64,000 bases of DNA from Dicyema japonicum (GCA_011109175.1 RDEW01000002.1:1780111-1844110), one strand, 5' to 3'. Shown: positions 1 to 13,668, counted from the first letter of the stretch. The notes: a model not told the origin generated them from the sequence alone. Program-made: numbers and translations.

Positions 1-392
1 TGAGAAGTTTTTTGCATGTACCCATTTCGATTTTACATTTTGTAATGTCAACAGTGGTTTTCTTTTACAACTCGTGCATAGAGACCATCTCACTTCAAAA
101 TTCGACCAATTGTTAGTGGAGAAATGTCACTATTGATAGCGGACAAGTACAGCAGATATTGACTGGGCATTCCTCGACATCAAACATAACTCATTTGTTT
201 GGTCGTTTCTCAACATAGGTAGACGTTCTGATCAAATTTTCCTTTTGATAGATCCCGTATTTGCATATTTTGTAGTAACAAATCCAGCAGAAGATCTCGG
301 AATATTCACTAGTGTTGAGATCTCATATTGTTTTCCCAGCAGAATAGTGACTCCTTTGAATTCTCTAAATTGAGGCTTCGAAAGCATGTCCA
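1..392 (-). mobile_element. Tc1-like transposase remnant (N-terminal HTH region), degenerate
   Basis: Minus-strand translation gives RSSAGFVTTKYANTGSIKRK and LYARVVKE.PLLTLQNVK, resembling Tc1 HTH and RKKPLLT motifs; contains stops and frameshifts. Confidence 0.6.
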
Positions 393-431
393 TATTTTTG
401 TTAATTCAACTAAAACAAAAAGTCCAAGTAT

Positions 432-1070
432 TAATTATTATTATTTAAGCACTTCACGAGAGCCATACTAATTATAGCCCCGCATGTGCAGCAAAAGAAA
501 CAAGGTTAGATGTCATCCTTTTCCATGCTCCCCTGTTCCTAGCCAAGGCTCTCATGTTGTCCAGGTCGTCGGCATTTATTAGATTTTTTTGATATTGACC
601 AGGTCTTTTTGTAAGACTATTGGCAGTGTTGTTCTAGGTCTTCCACGATAGCGGCCTTCTTGACTAACATAGTATGTTTCCATAGATATGTTCGGTGGGG
701 ATGTTAATTCCATCCTCAGCACGTGTCCGAAGAGCTTCCATCGGGATTCCAGTACTTCTAAGCTGATAGGTCTAGTGCTGCATCTCTTATATAAAGCATT
801 CCTCGATATTCTCGTAGGCCAAGTAGTTCCTGTTATTTTTCTCAGCTGACCTCTGTGGAACGAGTCTAGTTTTTCCATATCCGCTGATGAGGTCGCCCAA
901 GTTCCAGCGTTATATAAAAGTACGGGTTTTATGAATGAGTCGCATAATAGGATTCTCATTTTCGTGTCGATGCCTTTTTGATTGAACCATAGATTCTTTA
1001 GTTTATATAACGCAGCATTGGCTAGAGTTTTCCTACGTAAAATATCTTCGCTATCTCCCAAAAGTATTAA
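432..1070 (-). mobile_element. RTE-clade LINE, 3' end (RT C-terminus, 3' UTR, (TAA)n tail)
   Basis: ORF 579-1136 with KPVLLYNAGTW, RWKLFGHVLRM and RGRPRTT, typical of RTE C-termini; ends in a taa-repeat tail near 432-445. Confidence 0.85.
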
Positions 1071-1369
1071 TGTCAGGTCAATAAAAACCCCAATTTTTTC
1101 AAATCTAATTTTTTTAATGCAGGTACTGTAGAACACTAAACTATCGATTACGAACTGGGGATAATCTAGCTTCCTAGTGGATAGCTGTGAAGGAATCCTA
1201 CGAGTTGATACATTCTGTAGACTCCAGTAGAATGGATTGTCGTCAATACCAGAAGTTTGGAATATAATACCAATGTCTTGATGGGTATCTGAGGATTAAT
1301 AATCAGTGTAATGCAAAACTCAACCACGTTATTGAATCACGTTCTATCTATCAGACTGATCAATTGTAT

Positions 1370-1640
1370 TATGGAGATAGTAAAGATATTTTTGTAAAAC
1401 TACTACAAGTTGTCTTTGACTATGGGTTTGATTTGAAGAAGTTTGTATGTTTGGGTACCCATGGTGCTTCGAATATGGTTGGACGACATGCTGGTTTTGC
1501 TACCAAATTGCGAGCTGAAATAGAAAAGTTAAATCCCGGGTGATCATTTGTTCACTTTCATTGTATTATTTATCAGCAAAATTTGTGCTCAAAGATTTTA
1601 AAAATGAAAAATACGATTAGTTTGGTTACGAAGACAGTAA
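1370..1640 (+). mobile_element. hAT (Charlie/SPIN-like) transposase fragment
   Basis: Translates LGTHGASNMVGRHAGF...HFHCIIYQQNLCSK (TDGAxxMxG and HCIIHQxxLC motifs) with an internal stop. Confidence 0.75.
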
Positions 1641-1903
1641 GGAAATAATTTTATTTAGAAAAAAAGCAGATAAAAGCTCGCAATTATAACGATCTCATAA
1701 TGAGAGTTTTTTTAGGTTATCTTTTATCTTTTTTTCATTTATTTACGACTTAAGTATTTGAATGATAGACAGGTTTTTGCTATCAAATTTAACAAGTTCG
1801 ATATTTGCTTTCAGACAACAGAAGTGAAGAAAGCCCCACCAAGTGAGCAGATTCAGAGAGGATTCCCATTCATTTAACGAAAACATATAAAATCTAAATC
1901 TAA

Positions 1904-4244
1904 TTATGTTAGTTGTATTTGTTTATTGTAAAGTTTAGAAGAATCATCGGCTACAAAAATTAAAATATTCAACCTCTTGTTTAAAGTCGCAAATAATGTC
2001 TTAATGTTGAATGCTGTGGGATTTTTTCTAAAATTTATTTTAACTGAGTAAACTTTTTATAAATAAAAAGGCCAAGAGCAGCAGCAATGACAACAACAAT
2101 TGCGAAAAAGATGCCGACTCCTATAGCCATGCTCTTTTTGGATGAACCTATACGTTTCTAAAATAAACTCTTACCTAACATTGAAGATGCAGAATACGGA
2201 GAATCTACGAATAAGAAATAATTTATTTACGATATCCAACACAGACTGCTATGTGTTCTTCTCTACATCTCGTGGCAATCCATGATCCGTTATGAGAGAC
2301 AGTAATGCAAACAATTTCATCATCATTATAGGTTGGCTCGTTGGGAGCCCATGGAGTACTTTCCTAATAATACAGAGTTTTACCAAACCGGTTTATCCCC
2401 AATCCACGTGAGATTGGTGTCATTCCATAAAATTCTATAGTCCATGAAAAACCTTTGATTTTTTATTTCTAGAATAATGATTGTGATCACTTTGATTGAG
2501 TTTATTTACGTATATTCTTATCATCCGTCTTTATCATCGAGAGACCAAACTGAGAACAGAGTCTTGAAGAATCGTGATAAGATAACGATCTCCCAAACAT
2601 TGTGTAGATTTTTGAATATATTTTAATTGAAGCAGTCTCATTTTCCAAGTCTAAAAAGTTACTAACAATTATACGCCAAAAATTATTTGTGCAGTTAATA
2701 TTGGAGTAATTATCTAGAATAAATAAAAAATAAAACAATTATTATCATTTTTATAACAAATGAATCTAGTCTTGTGACATTTATCGTTAATCCATTTTCC
2801 TGAAGCATATTGAGCATAAACACATCCATATTTTTGAGGTTCCATGGGATAGCCCCTGTCCCAGTTAGTAAAACTCTATACATGTAAGTAAAAAAATACG
2901 GATTCAAGCATGTCTCCTCTCATGAACACACCATCAAAATAGATTGATCCAAAGTAAATTCCAACATCAAATTCGACATTCTCTATGATTTAATTTTATT
3001 AAGACCAAAAACAGCACAGTTATCCATAGGATTAAACGGAGAATAGAGAACCGCATTTCTCATGGCACAAATAGACACGGCCTCTTCCCGAGTAGACAAG
3101 AAGTCAAATACATAAAATGAATTTTTGGAAATAAAATATCTGAGAAAAATAGTCTAAAATTAATTGTTGGATTATACGGAATTTATTTTTTTCACTACAG
3201 TCCTTTGGAGTTGCCCCATTAATAACAGAATCTATTTTTTGTATTAAAAATACCAGTTTCACAAATAATATGTGCAGATTCTGAACAGTCAATGGTGGAA
3301 AATTCTCCATTAGTGGAATCACGAACGACGCATTCCTTATCAATGAGATTGAGTGAAGTCCACGGTAGGTATGACTAAAATATTTAACTCCTAAAAACCG
3401 CTAAATAATTTTTTTCTGTCATATAATTATTCTTTCCGTGTGTGTGATCCCGACGAAAGATCGGGAAAATACTAACTCTAAAGTGGTTTATATTAACAGA
3501 TTACCATGAATAGCACAGTTTTCTGTTCCATCGTTTGGGATGAAAACATACCCGTTGTGATCGTATTTGCAAATTCGTTTTGTTGTCGCATAGTTCTTGG
3601 GGAAATTATAAATGTAATATGTGTGTCCTCTGAAGGTCACCATACTGTCGTAGGGTACTAAACTTATAATTTATCGAAAACTGTTGATCTGCTTTCCGTC
3701 AGTTATATTGATTCCAGTTGAATGGATATTATCTATTTTGATACTTATTACTACCAGATTCGCAAACCCAGTAATTCATATCATGTTCATTTGTAACTTT
3801 CCATTTGCCAGAACTTGCATCATTGTTACTCCCTTCCAATTATCAGGCATTGTAGTTTCAAAATTGGAGTAAGTCTATATAAAATGCAATTTTACAATCG
3901 ATTCATTCAATTTAAGACTAACAAATCATCTGATCCATAGTTTAGTCTCTGAATTCCAATCGTCCTGTCTTTGATAGTGAGACCTAAGATTTCATTAAAG
4001 AGTAACTGCTATTAAGTCATTTTCTTTTTGATCTTGTATGTCGACAGCATAAAATTCATCACTATCTGCATTCTTGCATTGATTGTGCTTCATTCACTTT
4101 TTAGAGATAGCTGAAAAATAGTATGAATGACCATTCCAATTATATAAAGATCCATAAGTAGACACTTTTCCGGAACATTGATTCGTCAGTACAAGTACTA
4201 AATTATATCATAACTTTACTGAGTAATGCCCAAAGATCAAACAT
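1904..4244 (-). CDS. Multi-C-type-lectin-domain type I membrane receptor (mannose-receptor-like), multi-exon; frame disrupted near 4095
   Basis: Signal peptide MFDLWALLILVLTNQCSG; CTLD-like segments WNGHSYYF, FRGHTYYIY...RICKY, ECVVRDSTNGEFSTIDCSESAHIICET, PWAPNEP...GSWIATRCREEHIAVC; TM segment MAIGVGIFFAIVVVIAAALGLFIYK; micro-introns. Not called by the ORF track. Confidence 0.7.
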
Positions 4245-5224
4245 TGACTTGTGAGTGTAATTCCCAATTTATAGAAATATTAATGAGGCGGTCATTTAAT
4301 TTATCAAATTTGTTTATTGTGTAAAAAAATATTTCTATTAATTGATTTGAAATTGACGTTGATTTATTATTCGAAAACAGAAAAAAAGAATATTAGTAAC
4401 GAATCATACTCAACTGGCACAACGGGATTTTTTCAGTGCCTATAAACCATTTACGTTTGCAAGGGCATCACATTTTTGATTTTGTTGACATCACTTTTGC
4501 CCAATCCCCCAACCACTCCAGAGGTTTAGAAACGTTGTGAAAAATGAAAGCTGTTTCTAAACTCTAATCATTTATCGGTGTTAATTACGAATGTAGTTAA
4601 TTTCAAGTTAATATGCTAATTCAGATTTTTGAAGTCAATATTATAGAAATAATAATTTTTTTTAAATTTTTTTGGACAATTATTTAACAAAGATACAAAT
4701 GTTAGTTGAGGAAGCCGGCTGCGTCTATCGCGAACAAGTTCCCTCGGAGAAATAATAATTTATAAATAAAAAAAATGTCATTAATAAGAACAGTAGAACA
4801 AATAGTTGACCAAAACTATTAACATTTTTTAACAAAACACGGCCCTTCCACCAGGGAGTAGGTAATGTTTCCATTATTTAAGCCCACCTTAGGCAGAACT
4901 AATGTGAACATTGTGAAAATTAATACTTCCGCTTTGTTTTTTTAATTTATGCGGTAACCTCGCCTTGTATATATTTAACATTGATTGAGTAAGACTCAAC
5001 TATCAAAAACCATAACTCTCATTCTCATTTTATTCTTGTGAGTGGGTCGATTTTTGGAAAAAAAATATTTTTATTAATTGAACGCAGTTAACAATTACTA
5101 CTAGTTTCAGTCAAGGTTGGCTGCACTCATAATTAAAAAAACATTTCCCTTGACGATCTGAACTAAATGCGCACCAATAAGTGCTATAATTTTTTTTAAA
5201 GAAATTTTATTATCAAATGAATAA

Positions 5225-5350
5225 AAATTAAATTAAGGCATCTGAATGGCCATGCTATTTCCCCTAACAATAGCCAACGAGATACGTTCTCGGAACCAAC
5301 CAGTCTCTCGCGGATCCTTGGTCACAGCTTGAATCATGGAGCCGATCTTA
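5225..5350 (-). repeat. 3' end of CRE-like retrotransposon, near-identical inverted copy of 24660-24785
   Basis: Encodes KDPRETGWFRERISLAIVRGNSMAI (RLE-element C-terminus); almost exact reverse complement of 24660-24785. Confidence 0.8.
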
Positions 5351-5442
5351 GTGGTATAATTCGTACCAAAAAGTGGCCTAAAAATTAAGGATAAATAAAA
5401 ATTTTTGTTTTTATTTAAAAAACCGAATTATTTTTGTTAATT

Positions 5443-5720
5443 ATGCCAAATCTGTGACAAGCACAGGTTAAGAGGTCTGACTGGCCTTAGTTCGAATCCT
5501 ACTGCTGTCTATTCGGTTAAAAATTCCACCAACTAAAATGCTTCTGAGATTGACGATTGACGCCGTCGTCAGGGATTCCTAACCTCAAAACCAGATTGTC
5601 TATGGGACTCACACACAACAACAAAAGAACGAAATGTAAAGAACATTTTCTATGCCTTGATTATTTAAAAAAAATGTTTTTTATTTATTTTCTGTGAGGT
5701 CTGCCTATGCTGAGATGAGT
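5443..5720 (+). mobile_element. tRNA-derived SINE, divergent copy
   Basis: B-box-like AGTTCGAATCC, core TGACGATTGACGCCGTCGTCAG...GATTGTC...CACACACAA, and tail TGCCTATGC shared with the copies at 54189 and 58868. Confidence 0.65.
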
Positions 5721-6099
5721 AATTGAAACTACTATTTATCAAAGGAAGGGTGATATTAATACGATCTTTTTTATCGTCAATTTTTTGAATAATAAAAAAC
5801 TTTATGAGTTGAAATGAGATTTGAAGCTTTAATTACTCTGATCATCCTTCAATCCTTTCTCTCGATTCTGCAATTCCTCTCTTTGCTCTCCTTTTTGCTA
5901 TCAAAGATCTGATGGTAGGAAAGAAGGGGAGTGGGTCCTAGAATTTCCGGGGTTTAGCTGTGACGCACATGAAAACGAAATCTCCTTCTATTTTTAAGGG
6001 TTTTGGCGCTCGGATCTGAGTGAGTGTGTCATTTTGAGGTTGGGAAAGGAAAAATATAACAAAATTGACGTCCTTCGGTAAATTAATTTCCCTTTCAAA

Positions 6100-6312
6100 C
6101 GAAATGGCGCAGTGTGACAGACGGTTGCCGGGCAAGAGGCCTGAAGGTCGCTAGAATCCCGATACTGCACATTTTGGTTGAAGGTTCCTCACATCAATAT
6201 GTTTTGGCTTGACGAGTGATGCCGTCATTAGTGAACTTCACTGCGTAACCGGATCGTCTATAAAGGACATACACCCAAGAAAAAGAAAACAAAAAATGAA
6301 GAGCATTCCTTG
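6100..6312 (+). mobile_element. tRNA-derived SINE copy
   Basis: A-box-like TGGCGCAGTG; core GGTTGAAGGTTCC...TGACGAGTGATGCCGTCATTAGTGAACTTCACTGCG matching the other copies. Confidence 0.75.
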
Positions 6313-6689
6313 TTATAAAAATCCCAGTCTCATCGGCATCACGGTCCGAGAATGAACACTAAGAATTCCAAATCGAGGTTGTTCAAAAATCTAGGTTTAA
6401 ACTTAAAAAACTTAACAAATTATATTTTAGTGTATTGGAAAAAAATGTTCAGTTCTACTCCCAACTCCACATATCTTTTTCAAGTTTAGATGTAGTTTTT
6501 CACAAACAAGTAAAACACAGAAAGCCGGCGCTTCTTGTCGAGAATAACCTTAAGAGATTCCAAACTAACTTATTGGTCGATAAAGCATATAAACTCCATT
6601 AATGATTATCTTCCATTATCCAATGGCTGAAAATGGGAGTAGAATTGTCAGACTTTCAAATTATAAAAAATGGCTGAACACTTATGAAA

Positions 6690-6920
6690 CATTTTTGATG
6701 AATGATTTTCGTGGATACTATCTTCTTTGAAACGGAGTCGAACGCCTTGTGGATATTAACTGATGAAACAGGCTTGACTTTACAAATTATACCAAGAATG
6801 AAGAGATTGAAATAACCCACGTGGCTGTTTGAGTCCGTGACAATCTTTTTGGGTGATAATAGATTCATTTTTCAGATATACAGAATAGGAGATCAATCCC
6901 ACGATGGCGGCAATGTGCTA
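6690..6920 (-). mobile_element. LINE reverse-transcriptase fragment; second copy at about 52910-53150
   Basis: NIHKAFDSVSKK (DxxKAFDSV motif); nucleotide-level match to 52912-53150. Confidence 0.75.
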
Positions 6921-7925
6921 AACTGGTGGTCATATTTTGAGTGAAATATCTTGAAAATTTCTTTTTAATTTCTTTGGATAACTTTGATTTACGGTCTCCC
7001 CTCTTTTCTTTGTTGTAATTTGGCTGTTCTCATAAAAGTTTTGAATTATATTATAAACGGAGAAATAGTTCAAGTGCATGGTAATCGATATCTCTTGTGG
7101 AGATACCCCACGTACCGCTTCTTCTATTATGTTATTATAAATTAATCAATACTTAAATTTATGAATATTTTTGTGCATTTTTAAATAAAATCATTATTTT
7201 TACTAATAGAAATTAATCTTTGGTAATAATAATAATTATGTGTATGAGTATTTAATGCAACGTGCGGTCGATTCGGTGACGTTAAAACTCCCTCGAGTGG
7301 GTAAAAATGTTGGAAGGAAAAAAAGAGAAGGGTCTCTTGCGTTACAGATGGCAAGAATGTAATTCTTGCCGTATCGAGAGTTTTGTGGCAGCTGACCCAA
7401 AAGAATGGGCGAGGCAGGTAGTCCATAAATTCGCAGCAGGCTATCCTGAATGCCCTGGAATGGCTGGCCATACTTGGCGGAGCTCTGCAGTGGCAGATTC
7501 AGTACTGCTATATCACCATAGCTACCACTGTCAAAGAGAACTCTAGCACCAGAGCTGTGATACATTGCAGCTCAAGCATGTTTATGAGGTATTTGCGCGG
7601 AATCTCGGTTCAGCGGCGGATGGCCCCCTGGAGGACCGTAAAGTTATCAGCAAGATCCCTCATAGTATGGTTAACGGAGTAGTGTTAATCTGAATCAATA
7701 AGGCTGTGGATTACGCGGTGGAGGTGATGGCGTTGATCGGGCAGGCAAAGTAGTCACTTTGGCCTTCATGTTTACTTGTCGACCACAAGACAGATTGACT
7801 TTTCTCGTGTCCTGGCCAGCCTTCTGATTCTACTCCGCACGGGATCAATCTCTGGGAATTTCCGTCTATGGCGGAGGTTTCCAATATGGGAGGCGCGAAA
7901 AGCTTTTCATAAATATTTTTTTATA

Positions 7926-9250
7926 CAGAAAACCCTCATTAATCCGAACTAAAAAAATTTGGATGCCTTTCGGATTGTGAAGGGTAAAAATATATTAATT
8001 TCATTGTAGTTAATATTTATGTATTCACATATAATAATCTCTCCATTTTAGCATCAATAATTTCCTCGTCGATATTATAATCTTTACAAAAAATGACAAT
8101 TTCTGTTTGAGTTATTTCTTATTCATAGCAAGTTTTTCCAGTTCTTTTCGGTGCCCATTCAAAACAGGATCTTGCATTATATCTTCATTAGAAAATTAAT
8201 CAAGACATTTAATTGCCTCAATTTTTTTAAAACAATTTTTATGGTCTTTTACTTCGTGTATGAGATACCATAATGATGCTTTTCGTAAATTCACAAAAAA
8301 ATCTTTTTCCAAATCATGGGTATATATTCCAAAATAAGCTTTTTCTATAATAATGCTTAAAGTTTTTGATTATGCCTGCATCCATGGTTGAAGGTGTGCA
8401 GTTGTGTTTTTGGAAGAAATAACATTTAAATTTTCAAAAAAATTCGTTAAAACGTGGAGTATTATCAATCAGTAAAAAGAACTTTTCTGTAACATTTTAA
8501 TGATGACTGTTGAAAACATTAAAAAACTCTGTTGTCATCCAAACCCTTTTATTTACATAATTATAATTTTCAGTTAAAATCTTGGTATTTTATTATGGCC
8601 AATAAAAAGGATTAATTTTTACTGTTCCAGTCTCATTAGCTCAAAGAGCTATGTGATCCTCACTTTTGATTGCTTTATGCAATTTCTATTCTTAGATGAA
8701 ATTGTTTTAAAGGGGTAAGATAATAAACTTTTATCAAGGAAAGAAAAGAGAGTAAACGGTTATATAGCGGCTTCCCTGACTGCGTGGGTATTTAGTTTAT
8801 GAAATGATGATATCTTCAGCAATAAAACCATTAATTTCATCCATTCAAGAAGTGAATTATCAAGTTGATGATGTTTGCCACTTGGCTGTCTTGTTAATTA
8901 TAGTTTCACAGTGTTTCATCATTCACGGCTTTTTAGAATTTCTGAGGTAGAAATTCCCAAATAAGGATTCATTTTTATTTCACAGATTTGGGACAATTCT
9001 CATATTTGATGTATTTTTATTTCACAAATATTACTTTTTCTAACATGAGATACTGTTAGATTTAAATTTAAATTCATTTGAATGTCATAAAAACAAAATA
9101 AATTAATCCAAAATTTTTAATAAATGTCTTTCGGATTGCGGATTATGAAGTTTCGGTTTATTGAAGCCTTTGTAAGGAAACTTTGTAAAATTTTTTCCAA
9201 CTCATCAAAAAATTCGGATTATTGAAGTTCGGATTAATGAGGGTTTACTG
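7926..9250 (-). mobile_element. pogo/Tigger DNA transposon, degenerate, TIRs and TA TSD intact
   Basis: TIR CAG(A/T)AAACCCTCATTAATCCGAACT at both ends, flanked by TA; internal PKNTTAHLQP.DAGIIKNFKHYYRK and LLLIDNTP DDE_1 motifs. Confidence 0.9.
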
Positions 9251-9259
9251 TATTAGATG

Positions 9260-9764
9260 TATATAAAATCAAGTCCTTTTCATCTCACGTCGACGCTGTC
9301 TCTGGAAGCTGCTCAAGAAGCTAGGGATAATCAAAACTAGTTTCGGTGGCACTAAAACCCCTTTCCCAGCTTTGAAATTATTGTACAAACAATTCATTGA
9401 GCCATCTGTCAGCTATGGCTGTACGTCATGGGGAATCAATCTGTCCTGGACGAACAAACAAAGAATCCGGGACATTCAGGCCTTAGCAGCCACTAATATT
9501 AGTAATCTCGGGAAACTAGAAAAACTAATACCCTCATCACTTGAAGACCTTATCCGACAAAATGGAAAGGGATTTGCTACCCTGTGTATGCAGTGCAACT
9601 CTCAACAATACATAGCCACGACGTGTCTTATGAGAAGGGTGTACATCACCCCTCTCCAATTCCTATTCCCGAAACCACCCCACCCACAGAGAAGTTGTGT
9701 TGGATCCCAGATGGCGCACGAGGAGAAAATGAGAATTCTGATTGAGGCCCTCGAGATCACTTAA
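9260..9764 (+). mobile_element. APE-type LINE C-terminal fragment
   Basis: LLYKQFIEPSVSYGCTSWG motif; related to the C-terminus of the 39.6-42.3 kb LINE. Confidence 0.7.
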
Positions 9765-9882
9765 TTTAATTTAACACCCAAGACCACGGTAAAAACAGAA
9801 TTGCAAAATGTAAAAAACGCACAATATATCTGGACCCACTGCATGCTTCACAAATCACCACTTGTTTCAAATGAGTTCAGTT

Positions 9883-9960
9883 ATTATCTATTTTGATACT
9901 TACTACTACCAGAGTCACTAACCCAGTACTTCAAATCATGTTCATTTGTATCTTTCCATC
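9883..9960 (-). repeat. Duplicated fragment of the C-type lectin gene (copy of about 3729-3806)
   Basis: About 75 bp nucleotide match spanning an exon end (YWV.ES) and a micro-intron. Confidence 0.75.
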
Positions 9961-10844
9961 CAATCGTCAGGTATTGGACTATGTGGATCAAATTTGACAG
10001 AAAATCTAGATTTCTGATTTTTCCTGATTCGCTAATTTTTACAATTTCAAACCAACTTAATTATGACCAATGGACACAAATTTTTGATTTTTTGCAAAGT
10101 AAACAAGATAGTTCACTTTAAAGCAACTGAGACTTCGATTGCTGTTCCATTCATAACTATGACATTGATCCCTCGGCAAATGATGGATGTGTACTTCAAT
10201 TGCTATGAAATCGATAGCTTCCGTTGGAGACCGACAACTACCTTTCCCATAGTTATGAATAGGACTTCTCAAAACTGGATCTGAGGGATGATCTAGATAT
10301 ATGATACACTCCGTTTTCGAACCTCGTCTGACATTAAGTTGGAATAGAGAAATTATCCTCAATTCCCAAACGGTTTGATGTAAGCTAATTTCAAAACAAG
10401 GGACTGTGAACTCTGCTTTAATGTTAATGTCACAGGTAAACTAAGTCTGTGTTATGGGGAATTAAGACCAACTGTTACAGTCTAGCTCATAATATTGCCG
10501 AAATTGACTTTGATGGTGAAAAGAATATTATAAAACCTGTCGCACTCAAATTATTAAAAATCGAAGTCTGCGTGCCAATTGTAGCAAATCATCCCACAGA
10601 ATACGTGTCTGATAAATAAAGTAATATTTTTGATATTTTGCACGATTCCGCTTACATTTAAATACTCGCTATCTTGCCATTCCAACAGCAGATTTGAGGT
10701 AAAAATTAATGGCTAATAACTCTAATGACTTGATGATAAGATTAATAAATATGTCAAATTCCCACTCACACGTCACTCGCCAATCTCATTTAACTACCAC
10801 TTGAGGCGGTCGTTGTTTTATTATTTGACTTGTTACTTAAAATA

Positions 10845-11861
10845 ATGGCTTATTCCTTAGATTATCCCCGACAAATGAACTTTTTCAGTCAAGTCAAAAA
10901 TACCGCCAAAATTAGAAGAGAAAATGAAAATTTACAATTCCGCCGTTTAGCTGAGCTCCTTCCAATGCCAAAGACCATCAGCAGGCAACTCGATAAAGCC
11001 TCAATTCTGAGGATTTCCAACACTCTCATGCAGTTGGGCTTCATTTTTCCCAGTCTTTATGTTTTTAACTTTTCAGGAAACTTTTCGAAGCGGGAGACAA
11101 AGTTATACAAAACATTGGAAATAACCGTAATTTGGGGTAACTTTAAAATAGGAAATGAACGGATTTATCTTCATTTTAAATATAAATGGGATTATTTTAT
11201 ATGTCTCCCCCGGAATTTGTGATTACATTGGCCTCACTCAGGTCGACAATCTTGGGTGATTTAAAGGTCGAGATGCTTGGGGGAAACATCACATCTTATA
11301 TTCTCTGGAAAGATGTCGAAGACATAAAAAATTGTCTGCATAATTTAAGAACTAATTTTACTCCACAAAAAATATTTTTAAGAGTCAAAACAATGCTTCC
11401 TAAGAGAAATGCGGGGTTGACCTTTGAGAACAGCAAGGTCTCATTCTCCCTTATTTCAGGTAGTTCAGTGCGACTTGAAGTGCCATCCAAATTTTACCAG
11501 GAATCAGTCAGTTCTAATGATGGCCAATTTTATAATATCTCCACGTGCTAGTCTCCAGGAGATACCTTCGAATTCCTTTCTTATCCGCACTGGGCAAGAC
11601 TTCTCAATAACCTTTGTTGACCCCAAGCTTAACGATCTGATTGGAGTTGCGAATATGTTTTATGGAGAGAAAACCTTGTACGACTGTATTCACCCAATGG
11701 ATGTCTGTAAAGTGTCCCATTTCCACTATTCTGGTTTGAATTGTGAATTTTCAGTTTTAGTTCTTACTAAGGGACAAGCTCAGAGTCCACTTTACAGGTT
11801 CATAGCGGGGGACAATTACTTTTATATTGCTTTCTGTGGGGACTTTGATAAAGAACAGTAA
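10845..11861 (+). CDS. sim: Class I bHLH-PAS transcription factor, single-minded-like (3' end uncertain, up to about 11970)
   Basis: bHLH KNTAKIRRENEN...LAELLPMP...QLDKASILR; PAS-A NGFIFILNINGIILYVS...IGLTQVEMLG; SIM-type FLRVKTMLPKRNAGLT; PAS-B LYDCIHPMD...KGQAQSPLYRF; introns of 24, 25, 25, 22 and 21/27 nt. Confidence 0.85.
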
Positions 11862-12898
11862 GAATTCGATTCCAGTTGGAATTTCCTTGGTAAATTCGAT
11901 TGTAAAGTATTTTTTACAAATATTTTTGGTTCGTAAAAACTTGGGATGGAAAAACCACGAAAACTGAAGTCATACCTCACAATTTAAAATATTTTTATTA
12001 ATTTAAACTTCAAGTTACAATTTATTTATTTTAATTTATTATTTAGGTTAAGTGGTTATCAATAATAATAATCATAAATTTGTCACATTTCTATATTCCT
12101 TATCACTTGGAAAATCAAGACACAGTCCTCAGCAAATGGGACTTTTAAGAAGTCTTCCAACTCTTTGGCAGAGCCTTCATCCTTAAAGACCTTAGTGAGA
12201 AGAACGAATGTTGGGTTCATCTTACGTGAACCTCTGTCAGTAACATGTGTCCACAGGAGGTTTGTGGTATCTCGTAAGAACATCGTGAGAAGATGAGGTG
12301 GTTGCCAAGAAGGGTTGGGATTCTTTAATCGCCGTGTTTACTCTGTGTTAATTGAATGGTGACTCTTGGTGATAGTTGCCTTCTTACCGTCAATGCAGAC
12401 AGTTCTGTCCTCTTCTTCCAAGTTGGACCAGACGGGATTCGAACAAAGATATTAAAGCAACCGATGCTTCCACATTTCAAAATTCCGTGTTTCACGGTCC
12501 ATTAAAAACGGAGACAAAAAATTATGCCCACTTTAAGCGGAAACTATAGCAACGCGGCTTAGAGTTTAGAGTTCCGACGACGTTTGAGATTGCCATCCTC
12601 CATGGGAATGTCCAGTCTCCATGGAAGCTGTGCTTCTTACGACATTACTAATAAAACGGGGGACTATCCTATCTAAGCTAAAGTGATTTCAGAATTTTAG
12701 TGAAGTTAACTAATTGGGCTTGACAGTCTCTGACATTCTGTCTAGTGTACAGACATCCAGTTTTTATCGCCTTAAAACCTTTTCCACATCACAACGCACG
12801 TGGGGTATATATTTTTAATTAACCTTATAGTTGGATCATTAGAAAGAAGTTTGCATTCTCAGAGATTATGATGTTCCTTTCGTCAAGGGTGACCATTC

Positions 12899-13250
12899 TC
12901 AGAATTGATAACTCGTCCCCCTCACAATTTGTATGGCGATGGACTCAATAAACCAACTCCTCTCTCTTTTCCTCCTCACAGTCCAACTATTTTTGATAAT
13001 TTGCGACATTGCTCTGATTAATTCGTCTATAGCTCTATGATCTCCCGTATCAACCTCTATATAACGGAATATGTCCGAGCAATAGCAGCAACCCATTATG
13101 ATGAAATGGAGGTACTCTGCATGAGATTTAAGATTTATCCTCTTCTCCCAATTTGTTCATAACTTTATCTGATTTTTTAAATAGGATAAATCTTGAACCT
13201 CCCTGTTATTTTTATGATCTTGTATCCAGAAAGGGAGTAATGTTATTACA
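12899..13250 (-). mobile_element. CRE-like retrotransposon C-terminal fragment
   Basis: RERSWFIESIAIQIVRG, same C-terminal motif as the other RLE fragments. Confidence 0.55.
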
Positions 13251-13668
13251 TGAATCAATTTTGCAGGTTTCTGATGTCTCTTGAGTCCATCACCTCATTC
13301 ATTCTCGCGAGAAAGAAAACAAAGGCTATATCCATCCTAAGCTATTTAGACATTTCCTGCAATAAAGAAGAAAGTTAATAGTTGACAACTAATGAAGTGT
13401 ATCAGTTCCCATGGTGGCAGAAGTAATTAAGGTGCCTTCCAAGGACAAACTTAGAGGTTTGAAGCTACCAAAGCTCTACAGAAGTTTTCCGGCTCCGTGG
13501 AAAATCGACTCCGTATCTCCTACTAACATCAGCGAGAAAGCGGTAAAGGCGCTAGGTAAAGAATCTTAAGGAAAAGAAATACTAAAGGTTTCTCGACCGG
13601 TTCATGTTCCATGCTATTGCTGTCGAGACAAATAAGTAGGAAGTTTGTCATTCCTCAAGAATCTGGAA

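Noticed and set aside
4094-4096. In-frame TGA suggesting recoding or an alternative genetic code
   Set aside because: TGA terminates several genes here (LSG1, ABCF3, POLR1D); small deletions explain the site better
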